From the NCBI GenBank assembly GCA_021158465.1, contig JAGGUN010000019.1, positions 82,796 to 146,795 of the forward strand: 64,000 nucleotides of DNA. The letters are read 5' to 3'. Under the pieces are notes generated by a model, which worked only from the letters and a program-made list of their open reading frames with translations, was not told the origin of the DNA and searched no databases. Shown here one piece after another: positions 35,164 to 42,193 of the stretch. A program made the translations under genes and the position numbers. This DNA comes from a bacterium (GTDB lineage Bacteria > UBP14 > UBA6098 > 4484-93). How positions within the stretch are numbered: position 1 is the first letter of the stretch; each line of letters opens with the position of its first letter.

Positions 35164-37842
35164 ATGTGCGGCAGTGGCTCAATGGATAGAGCGGCAGATT
35201 CCGGATCTGCAGGTTGGAGGTTCAAGTCCTCTCTGCCGCACATCCTTCCCCTTGTTGTTCTCCTTTTCTCTTGCTTTACGGTCTATGCCGGCAAACCTGA
35301 ACCGGGCAAGATCGGTGTCATAGCGTACATCCTACCAAGACCGGACTATGACTCGCTTCAGGGGCAAACCCCATCCCGGATAATATCGCATCTTAAGCAA
35401 CTTGCTTCATCCTCGCAGGCGCAGGTCATCAGCTTCCTCCAGCAAAGAAGTGAAGAGGTTGACACCTTTATCTCCTTATGGACGATAAATGCAATATACA
35501 TTATGACCACACAGGATGTCGTCAGTGCGCTTGCCGAGAGAGAAGATATAGAGAAGATTGTGCCCGACCGTGAGCGGAGGCTTGGTGAGCCTATCTTGTC
35601 TGATGCGAAGGATGCCTGGGACAATATCGGTGCAATCCGGGCTGACGAGGTTCACTCGGAGCTCGGCATCGATGGCACGGGTGTTATAATCGGCAGTATG
35701 GATTCTGGCGTCGACGGCTTTCATCCGGATCTTGAGGGGAATTTTCTTGGTAATGTCGAGCCTGGAAGGGTTGCTTGGTTTGACCCGACAGATGAGTACC
35801 CGCTCTATCCACAGGACGGACACGGACACGGGACGCATACGATGGGGACGGTCTGTGGACAGGGTGGAACAGGTGTTGCTCCAGGCGCACTCTGGATGGC
35901 GGTGAAGATATTCAGGGACAACTCGACATCGAGGGACTTTATCATACATTCTGGCTTCCAGTTCATCGCTGACCCGGATGACAACGCCTATACGGATGAT
36001 TTCCCGAGGCTTGTTAATAACTCTTGGGGCGAGCTCTTCTGCCGTGAAGGGATGCTATACTACGATGATGTCAGATTGTGGCGGCTCCTGGGTATAATAC
36101 CCGTTTTTGCCATTGGGAATGATGGACCGGAGGCATCCTCGACAACTCCTCCAGGGAACTACCCGAATGTCATATCAACAGGAGCAACGGACGCTTCGAA
36201 CAACATCGCATATTTCTCAAGCCGTGGACCTGCGCCTTCAGGCTCCCCATGGTTCGGAGCAACAAAACCGGACTTCTCAGCGCCGGGTGTTGGCATTCTA
36301 TCAACTGAGGCTGGGACAGGTGGCTACACTCTGATGAGCGGAACGAGCATGGCATCCCCGCATATAGCGGGCACCATCGCACTTATGCTTTCTGCCAACC
36401 CGACACTCGATTACGATGATGTCTACCGTATCCTGTCGGAAACCTCAGTGGACATAGCCGATCCAGGAATGGATAATATCTCTGGCTATGGTCTGGTCGA
36501 TGCGTACCGGGCGGTTCAACTTGCTATAGAAATGCGAGCACCGAGAATATACCATACTCCAATCACTGACAGAGAATCCGCCAATGTGACATTTGTGGCA
36601 ACAGTTGTTTCACCAACATCGCCTCTGGATACATCGTCGGTTGCGCTTATTCTGACATTTAGCGGGATACCAGACACCATCCCGTTCATACCCTCAGGTG
36701 ATTCGTTTTTCTGTGAGGTTTCGTTTCCTGGCGAGGGGGATGTCCAGTATTTTATACAGGCAGCAGACTCATTGGGTAGATTGGGTTGCCTCCCAAAATC
36801 TGCTCCTGATTCTGTCTTTTCGTTTCACATTGGAAGAGACTCAATCCCTCCTATCATAGAGTTCACGCCTATAGACTCCGTGCTATCCTATCTCATGTTT
36901 CCGCAGGACATCTCGGTTGAGGTAAGCGACAACGGGGAGATAGATAGTGTCTGGATTGAGCTGACAGATGAAGCGGGAACGAGAAGTATCCCTCTCGAGT
37001 ACGACCCACTGTGGGGGGTATATTCTGGAGAGATTGATTTAGAGCCGATTGGTGAGTTTTTCTACAGGATTGTAGCTATGGACAGAGCCTCAAATCTGTC
37101 CAGCTATCCACCAGATTGGGACAGTCTCCGCGTTGAGGTAGTTGACGATGGCACAATTGATCTTCTGTGGAGCACAGTAACGGAGATACCCGATTTTATT
37201 CCACCGTATTATGATCAGGAGACATGGAGCGTATTGGAGGTTCCCTGGCACTGTCGGGTCGAGTCAGTAAAAACGAGGGTTCATCTTACTTATCCGAGGA
37301 TGAGGAATATTGTGGCTGTACTCTACTCACCATCCGGCACAGAGGTATATCTCCACAACAGGGCATCACTTACCGACAGTGTGAACATCTGGTATCCGGA
37401 CGACAGGAGCGAGGATGGTCCGGGCTCTCTTTCAGATTTTACTTACGAGGATGCAGCGGGTGTATGGTATCTATATGTCGCAGATAGAAACGAGATGTAT
37501 CATGGCTACTATGGGACGCTTTTTGAGTGGGAGCTTATGCTGTTCTGCTCATCTATTGCAGAGGTGGAAGAAAAAAGTGCTCTGCCTGGGAGGTTTAAGC
37601 TTTCCGCCTATCCGAACCCGTTCAATTCGACAACCAAAATTTTATACAGCATACCTGAAACCGAGAAGAAGGCGGTTATTGAAATTTACAACATATTGGG
37701 AGAAAAGGTAGATAGCTTCTGCGCTGAACCAGGGCTGCACACCATCCTCTGGGATACAAAGAAACTTCCATCGGGAGTCTACCTCTGCCTGCTGAAGGGG
37801 AAGACTACCTCCGCATCTTTGAAGCTCTCACTTTTGAGGTGA
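35164..37842 (+). CDS. Secreted subtilisin-like S8 serine protease with an N-terminal propeptide and a T9SS type-A C-terminal sorting domain. The only in-frame start codons lie within or just before the tRNA-Arg gene.
   Basis: Catalytic triad contexts: Asp (IGSMDSGVDGFHPDL), His (HGHGTHTMGTV), Ser (GTSMASPHIAGTIAL). Inhibitor_I9-like propeptide. C-terminal tail LSAYPNPFNSTTKILY...EIYNILGEKV...SGVYLCLLKGKTTSASLKLSLLR. The predicted signal peptide is MDRAADSGSAGWRFKSSLPHILPLVVLLFSCFTVYA. Confidence 0.8.
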   Translation: MCGSGSMDRAADSGSAGWRFKSSLPHILPLVVLLFSCFTVYAGKPEPGKIGVIAYILPRPDYDSLQGQTPSRIISHLKQLASSSQAQVISFLQQRSEEVDTFISLWTINAIYIMTTQDVVSALAEREDIEKIVPDRERRLGEPILSDAKDAWDNIGAIRADEVHSELGIDGTGVIIGSMDSGVDGFHPDLEGNFLGNVEPGRVAWFDPTDEYPLYPQDGHGHGTHTMGTVCGQGGTGVAPGALWMAVKIFRDNSTSRDFIIHSGFQFIADPDDNAYTDDFPRLVNNSWGELFCREGMLYYDDVRLWRLLGIIPVFAIGNDGPEASSTTPPGNYPNVISTGATDASNNIAYFSSRGPAPSGSPWFGATKPDFSAPGVGILSTEAGTGGYTLMSGTSMASPHIAGTIALMLSANPTLDYDDVYRILSETSVDIADPGMDNISGYGLVDAYRAVQLAIEMRAPRIYHTPITDRESANVTFVATVVSPTSPLDTSSVALILTFSGIPDTIPFIPSGDSFFCEVSFPGEGDVQYFIQAADSLGRLGCLPKSAPDSVFSFHIGRDSIPPIIEFTPIDSVLSYLMFPQDISVEVSDNGEIDSVWIELTDEAGTRSIPLEYDPLWGVYSGEIDLEPIGEFFYRIVAMDRASNLSSYPPDWDSLRVEVVDDGTIDLLWSTVTEIPDFIPPYYDQETWSVLEVPWHCRVESVKTRVHLTYPRMRNIVAVLYSPSGTEVYLHNRASLTDSVNIWYPDDRSEDGPGSLSDFTYEDAAGVWYLYVADRNEMYHGYYGTLFEWELMLFCSSIAEVEEKSALPGRFKLSAYPNPFNSTTKILYSIPETEKKAVIEIYNILGEKVDSFCAEPGLHTILWDTKKLPSGVYLCLLKGKTTSASLKLSLLR
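35168..35240 (+). tRNA. tRNA-Arg, anticodon CCG.
   Basis: A cloverleaf folded by hand. Acceptor stem GCGGCAG/CTGCCGC. D-arm GCTC-AATGGATA-GAGC. Anticodon stem GCAGA/TCTGC with loop TTCCGGA (U33, anticodon CCG, purine 37). Variable loop AGGTT. T-arm GGAGG-TTCAAGT-CCTCT. Discriminator A. CCA is not encoded. Length 73 nt. Confidence 0.85.
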
Positions 37843-38107
37843 CCTTCCTTGTTGTATGTTTCGTTTTCCTTGATGGAACACCCTTCTTTCTTGTTCTGCT
37901 CTTCTTTTCTATGCGGTCGTTTATACCGTTCCTGTCTTTATCGATGAAGTAGTCGAATAACCTGATAGAGGAGCTGGGTTTCTTCTTTTCGACCTTCTCT
38001 TGCTCCACTTCCGTTGTATCCCTGTCGCCTTTTTGCTCGCCCGCCGATGCAGAAGCAAATAATAGCACAAGTGTACTCACCACGATCGGTATCAGATACC
38101 TTCTCAT
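37805..38107 (-). CDS. Small (100 aa) secreted protein with a polybasic Lys/Arg/Ser/Thr-rich tail and an EF-hand-like DKDRNGINDRIE motif.
   Basis: Signal peptide MRRYLIPIVVSTLVLLFASASA. RBS on the minus strand (AAGGAGAGGGAGA). C-terminus KKSRTRKKGVPSRKTKHTTRKVTSKVRASKMRR. Its 3' end overlaps the convergent protease gene by 38 nt. Confidence 0.45.
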   Translation of the reverse strand: MRRYLIPIVVSTLVLLFASASAGEQKGDRDTTEVEQEKVEKKKPSSSIRLFDYFIDKDRNGINDRIEKKSRTRKKGVPSRKTKHTTRKVTSKVRASKMRR

Positions 38108-38108
38108 C

Positions 38109-39014
38109 TTATCTCCCTCTCCTTATCAGTTTCACACGGGTTGAACTTCCCCGAGCAGCTGTTGCTCTGAAGGAACCTTTGCTTGAGTATCCTATCGACG
38201 ACCTCTTGGTGATAGGACCCTTTGAAGGGTTCTTGCTTTTGATCTTGGTGGATTTGACCTCTTTATCATCCTTCCTCAGAAAAAACAAATTCTGTCTTCC
38301 CTTTTCAGGAATTTTTTTCTCCTTGGAACGCTCCGTCAGGGATTTCTTATTTCTCTCCAAGCCGATTGGTGAGTTTTTTCTCCTTCTCAGTGTTGTCGAG
38401 TTATCCTTTTTATGTTTCTTCCTTGTGCTGTTTTCCGTGGAGGTTTTCTCTATTATCTTCGCTACGCTTCCTGTACTTTTGCTCTTTGGCAGTATCTTTC
38501 TACCACCGACGGCACTGGCGACCTGCGTTACAGAGGAAGCAACCCTGCTTCCTGTATATCTTTTGACTTCGGCACTTCTATATTTCGCTGGTAAAAGCGA
38601 TGTCGATTCCCCCGGTTCCCTGAACAGCCCTCTTCTCCTCGTTATCCGGTATCCCGAGGTGGTGTAGCTGCCTCGATATCTGACCGGAGGTGGTTCATAG
38701 TAATAAGGGTAATAAGGATAATAATAGGGTGGGGAAGGGGGAGGCAGGTACCAGAGGAGAACTACCGGATGCCAGAAGCATCGGCAGTGCCAGCAGTAGG
38801 TGTCCAACCACCAATGGTCACAGCAAAGATGCCAACAACAGCAATCATCCCACCACCAGTCACAGCAGCAACAACAGCAGTCGTCAACAACAATGTCCGG
38901 TGGATCGGCAATGACCACACGGGAATGTGTTCTAAGCACTGTTTGGCAGCCGGAAAGTATGAGGGCAAAAACTACTACTGCACCGACCGCCATTATACCT
39001 TTATAATATCTCAT
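38109..39014 (-). CDS. Lipoprotein of 301 aa with an extreme Cys/Trp-rich tract, a Pro/Tyr-rich tract and a polybasic tail of about 200 aa predicted to be disordered.
   Basis: Strong RBS (AAGGAGGG, then 5 nt, then ATG). Lipobox MRYYKGIMAVGAVVVFALILSGC. The tract DDCCCCCCDWWWDDCCCWHLCCDHWWLDTYCWHCRCFWHP has 14 Cys and 6 Trp in 40 residues. This is followed by YLPPPSPPYYYPYYPYYYEPPP and then a Lys/Arg/Ser/Thr-rich C-terminal half. The start overlaps the upstream gene's stop by 14 nt. Confidence 0.5.
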   Translation of the reverse strand: MRYYKGIMAVGAVVVFALILSGCQTVLRTHSRVVIADPPDIVVDDCCCCCCDWWWDDCCCWHLCCDHWWLDTYCWHCRCFWHPVVLLWYLPPPSPPYYYPYYPYYYEPPPVRYRGSYTTSGYRITRRRGLFREPGESTSLLPAKYRSAEVKRYTGSRVASSVTQVASAVGGRKILPKSKSTGSVAKIIEKTSTENSTRKKHKKDNSTTLRRRKNSPIGLERNKKSLTERSKEKKIPEKGRQNLFFLRKDDKEVKSTKIKSKNPSKGPITKRSSIGYSSKGSFRATAARGSSTRVKLIRRGR

Positions 39015-39813
39015 TTTTGCCCTCCTTGTTATAAAGCTTTATCCTTTTATTTGTCCTTTCCCTCAGCTCCGGGTTGCCGGTGTCCGTCTGATAAGCCCAC
39101 TCGAACTGAACATAATCCGGGGTAACTTCTATTATCCATATCTTGGCAAAATGGTTGTCGCAGGTCCAGATAACATATCCCCAGCCAGGGTGTATCTCAA
39201 CCGTTGCCCCAGGTATATACCCATCTTCCGGTGCGTAGTCTATATCCTCGAACGAATATATCTGCCCGTAAACGAGAATATCCGTCATAGAGTTTGCACC
39301 GGAGAGCCAGTACATACCGTCGTAGTTGAAATATATATCAGCAGAGGGGTAATCCCACGGGACGAGCGAATACTCGGAGAAATCATACCCCGAATCATCC
39401 GGATAACGGTCCGCATCCCAGAGGATCGCAAAACCTTCGGGTCTCGGCGTGTCGAACACGAGGTCATCCGAGAGCTCCGATTCCACCCCAGACCACGAGA
39501 CAGAAGAGACTGCATAATAGTATGTCTTACCGTTTTCGGCAGAGAAATCAATAAAGTAGCTCGACAAGGTCTCACCGATAAGATAGTAATATCCCGTCTC
39601 ACTGTACCCGCGATAAACCCGGTAGCTCCAGGCTCCACAGGGGGTCCAGTAAAGATAGACCCGGTTGTCACCCGTCACCGAGTGCACATTCGTTGGAACA
39701 GGGGGAGGATAATCTCTACGAGCATGATAACAATAATCATCATAAACAACCACATCACACCCGAAGAATGCAAGGAGCGAGAGAAGAACATCTATGATGA
39801 CTACCCTCTTCAT
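39001..39813 (-). CDS. Lipoprotein with an FN3-like domain followed by an aromatic/Asp-rich beta-sandwich region.
   Basis: Signal and lipobox-like MKRVVIIDVLLSLLAFFGC. FN3-like segment (PPVPTNVHSVTGDNRVYLYWTP...YRVYRGYSETGYYYLIGETLSSYFIDFSAENGKTYYYAVSSVSWSGVESELS). First gene of the three-gene minus-strand operon. Confidence 0.55.
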   Translation of the reverse strand: MKRVVIIDVLLSLLAFFGCDVVVYDDYCYHARRDYPPPVPTNVHSVTGDNRVYLYWTPCGAWSYRVYRGYSETGYYYLIGETLSSYFIDFSAENGKTYYYAVSSVSWSGVESELSDDLVFDTPRPEGFAILWDADRYPDDSGYDFSEYSLVPWDYPSADIYFNYDGMYWLSGANSMTDILVYGQIYSFEDIDYAPEDGYIPGATVEIHPGWGYVIWTCDNHFAKIWIIEVTPDYVQFEWAYQTDTGNPELRERTNKRIKLYNKEGKNEIL

Positions 39814-40029
39814 TTTTCATCCCCTCTACAAACTTTGAAGCAAATAATATGCCATATAAGGCAACTCTTTACGTTTCAATCGGTTACGCGAGAAAACGAG
39901 GGAAAATATTCCACGAAATTGCACATTTCTCGTGCAATGAGAGCAGCAATTTTGTGCAAAACCGGTTGCGCAAGAAGATAATTCGGATTATATTTAAAAC
40001 GGCAGGATGTAAAAATTAAGGAGGGGGAA

Positions 40030-40395
40030 ATTTATCTTTTAACGGCAAAAGGTGGTTTCTCTGCTGCACATTGGGTAAGAGGGTACCCGGGGAAATGCTC
40101 TCACCTACACGGACATAACTGGCAGGTTCAGCTAACCGTTAGGGTAGATGAGCTGGATTCACTCGGTATGGGGATCGACTTCTCCGAGCTAAAGGGCATC
40201 CTGAAGGAGATAACCGACCTTTTAGACCACACCTGCTTGAACGAGCTTCCGTTTTTTTCGGAGACGAACCCGACAGCCGAGAACATCGCAAGGTTTCTAT
40301 TCTACGAGGCAAAAAAGAGGCTCCCAAATGGTGTTAAACCCTATGAGCTGAAGCTCTGCGAGAGCGATAACAGCTGGATAACATACAGGGAGTAA
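40030..40395 (+). CDS. queD: 6-carboxy-5,6,7,8-tetrahydropterin synthase (QueD). No ATG, GTG or TTG start codon is available upstream of the conserved N-terminus, so the start is tentatively placed at an ATT codon.
   Basis: The in-frame translation upstream of the listed ATG at 40168 reads ...IYLLTAKGGFSAAHWVRGYPGKCSHLHGHNWQVQLTVRVDELDSLGMGIDFSELK. This carries the QueD zinc-binding Cys-x-His-Gly-His motif and the F-x-AAH motif. An in-frame TAA stop sits at 39979-39981. The RBS AAGGAGGGGG ends about 8 nt before ATT at 40030. Confidence 0.7.
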   Translation: MYLLTAKGGFSAAHWVRGYPGKCSHLHGHNWQVQLTVRVDELDSLGMGIDFSELKGILKEITDLLDHTCLNELPFFSETNPTAENIARFLFYEAKKRLPNGVKPYELKLCESDNSWITYRE

Positions 40396-41033
40396 TGCTC
40401 ATAAGCGAGATTTACAAGAGTATAAACGGTGAGGGAAGGTTCGCAGGCTTTCCAACCTCGATTGTGAGAGTAGCAGGTTGCAATCTTAGATGTTCCTGGT
40501 GCGATACAACCTATGCCTTAACAGGTGGAGAAAGGGTTTCTCTCGATGAAATAATGAGCAAGATACGGGAGTTCAACACCCGTCGTGTTCTCATAACCGG
40601 TGGTGAGCCTCTTCTACAAGAGGAAACCTATGAACTTGCAATGAGGCTACTTAAGGCAGGCTACCACACGCTTGTTGAGACAAACGGCTCGCTTCCGATA
40701 AACACACTCACCGAGGGGATTTTCCGGTGCGTCGATATAAAGACACCGTCATCGGGCGAGTCTGGAAAGAATCTGCTCGAGAATATAGAGTACCTCCTCC
40801 GTACCGACGATGTGAAGTTTGTTATAGCAGATAAGCACGATTTTGACTGGAGCCTCGATTTTACAAGAAGTTTCGACCTTACATCGAGGTGTGATGTACT
40901 CTTTTCTCCTGTCTGGGGCAAGCTCTCTCCTGATGTACTTGCCAGATGGATACTTGACTCCGGTATGGACATAAGGTTAAACCTCCAACTCCACAAACTC
41001 ATCTGGAAGGACAGGGAGGAGGGGATAAGGTGA
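40395..41033 (+). CDS. queE: 7-carboxy-7-deazaguanine synthase (QueE), radical SAM enzyme.
   Basis: Radical SAM cluster motif VRVAGCNLRCSWCDTTYA. Length about 210 aa. Sits between queD and queC with overlapping stop and start codons. Confidence 0.9.
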   Translation: MLISEIYKSINGEGRFAGFPTSIVRVAGCNLRCSWCDTTYALTGGERVSLDEIMSKIREFNTRRVLITGGEPLLQEETYELAMRLLKAGYHTLVETNGSLPINTLTEGIFRCVDIKTPSSGESGKNLLENIEYLLRTDDVKFVIADKHDFDWSLDFTRSFDLTSRCDVLFSPVWGKLSPDVLARWILDSGMDIRLNLQLHKLIWKDREEGIR

Positions 41034-41677
41034 AGGCTATTATTCTTCTTTCTGGTGGGCTGGACAGCACAACGACGCTTGCTGTCGCAATTGACAGAGG
41101 ATTCGAGATACTGCCGCTGCACTTAAACTATCGACACCGAGCGGAAAAGAAGGAGCTTGAGGCTTTCGATGCAATCCTCAACCACTACGGCATAGAAAGA
41201 AGGCTCGTCGTGGAGCTACCTTTCTTTTCCCGGTTTGAAAAGAGGGGGCTTGTCAACCCGGAGCTTGACCTGTCGGCTGAAAGCTATAACGATTCTCGCC
41301 TCTCATACCTCCCGTTCCGGAACGGTGTGATGCTCGCCATAGCTACAGCTGTTGCCGAGGAGGAAGAAGCGGAGGCAATATTTACAGGTGTTATGGAGGA
41401 GGATTCGTCCGGCTACCCCGACTGCCGTGAGAAGTTTATTCAAGACTTCCAGAAAGCGATAAGCTCAGGAACAAAAAAGGGAAACATAACGGTTATAACC
41501 CCTATCATTCACATGAAGAAGAGCGAGGTGGTGCTTCTGGGTAAAAGACTTGGTGTCCCGTTTCATCTTACCTGGTCCTGCTATGAGGGTGGTGAAAGCC
41601 CCTGTGGAAGGTGTGCAAGCTGTCTTCTGAGAAGGTCTGCATTTGAAGAGGCTGGCGTGAATGACCCGCTCATTTAA
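41030..41677 (+). CDS. queC: 7-cyano-7-deazaguanine synthase (QueC).
   Basis: PP-loop motif MKAIILLSGGLDSTT. C-terminal zinc-binding motif CGRCASCLLR. Confidence 0.9.
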   Translation: MKAIILLSGGLDSTTTLAVAIDRGFEILPLHLNYRHRAEKKELEAFDAILNHYGIERRLVVELPFFSRFEKRGLVNPELDLSAESYNDSRLSYLPFRNGVMLAIATAVAEEEEAEAIFTGVMEEDSSGYPDCREKFIQDFQKAISSGTKKGNITVITPIIHMKKSEVVLLGKRLGVPFHLTWSCYEGGESPCGRCASCLLRRSAFEEAGVNDPLI

Positions 41678-41716
41678 TTTTGCCGTTTTGACAAAAATTT
41701 TGCCATTTTGACAAAA
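41677..41716 (+). repeat. Tandem direct repeat, two copies of 20 bp (AATTTTGCCGTTTTGACAAA and AATTTTGCCATTTTGACAAA). Each copy contains TTGACA. It begins at the queC stop codon, upstream of the CheY-like regulator and htrA. Candidate regulatory site.
   Basis: Read directly from the sequence. Two adjacent 20-mers differ at one position. Confidence 0.6.
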
Positions 41717-41818
41717 ACCTTCGCACTGCAAAACTGTCAAATCCTGACAACCCTTTATAGCAAAGGGGTTACACTGGGTCTGGTTTTTTGGCATAAAATA
41801 TGCTTTTACCTTCTTGCG

Positions 41819-42193
41819 ATGCAGAAGAAGATACTTGTTGTCGACGATGACGCTTTGACACTCGAGACCATAGGCGAGTTCCTCTCATCCAAGGGGTATA
41901 AGCTATTTCTGGCAAGAACAGGTTCAAAGGCGGTGCAGATTGCGAGGAAGGAAAAGCTTGATGCGACGATACTCGATGTTAATCTCCCGGATATGGACGG
42001 GTTTGCTGTATTAGAAGAGATAAGAAGGTTGAGTGCTAATCTCCCGGCGATTATGATGTCGGCAAAGAACGAGAGTGAGTGTCGGGCTCGCTCGCTTGAG
42101 CTGGGAGCTAACTTTTTCCTACCAAAACCTGTAAAGCTTTCGCTCCTTGAATGGGAGCTGAGAGAAATATTCCAAGAGGGGGTGAACAGATGA
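41819..42193 (+). CDS. Single-domain CheY-like response regulator receiver protein.
   Basis: MQKKILVVDDDALTLETIGEFL...DATILDVNLPDMDGFAVLEEIRR...AIMMSAKNE has the conserved acidic pocket, phospho-acceptor Asp and Lys. The start is set at the internal ATG 41819 (MQKKILVVDDD). Its stop overlaps the htrA start (ATGA). Confidence 0.8.
   Translation: MQKKILVVDDDALTLETIGEFLSSKGYKLFLARTGSKAVQIARKEKLDATILDVNLPDMDGFAVLEEIRRLSANLPAIMMSAKNESECRARSLELGANFFLPKPVKLSLLEWELREIFQEGVNR

Noticed and set aside
35000-35167. Possible integrated element at the tRNA-Arg 3' end
   Set aside because: There is no integrase, recombinase or direct repeat of the tRNA 3' end nearby. The downstream genes are ordinary chromosomal genes (que, htrA).
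38014-38667. 217-aa hydrophobic Phe/Leu-rich plus-strand ORF
   Set aside because: It is the antisense of the Lys/Arg-rich tail of the minus-strand lipoprotein gene (AAG/AAA read as CTT/TTT). The minus-strand gene has the RBS, lipobox and operon context. Some uncertainty remains.
38690-39125. Overlapping plus-strand polyQ and low-complexity ORFs (38690-38914, 38769-39125, 38800-39006)
   Set aside because: They are a simple-repeat artefact antisense to the Cys/Trp-rich lipoprotein gene. They have no RBS and frames that overlap each other.
39151-39981. 276-aa plus-strand ORF
   Set aside because: It lies entirely antisense to the FN3 lipoprotein gene, which has an RBS and a signal peptide. It has an Arg/Ile-rich low-information composition, no RBS and no recognisable motif.
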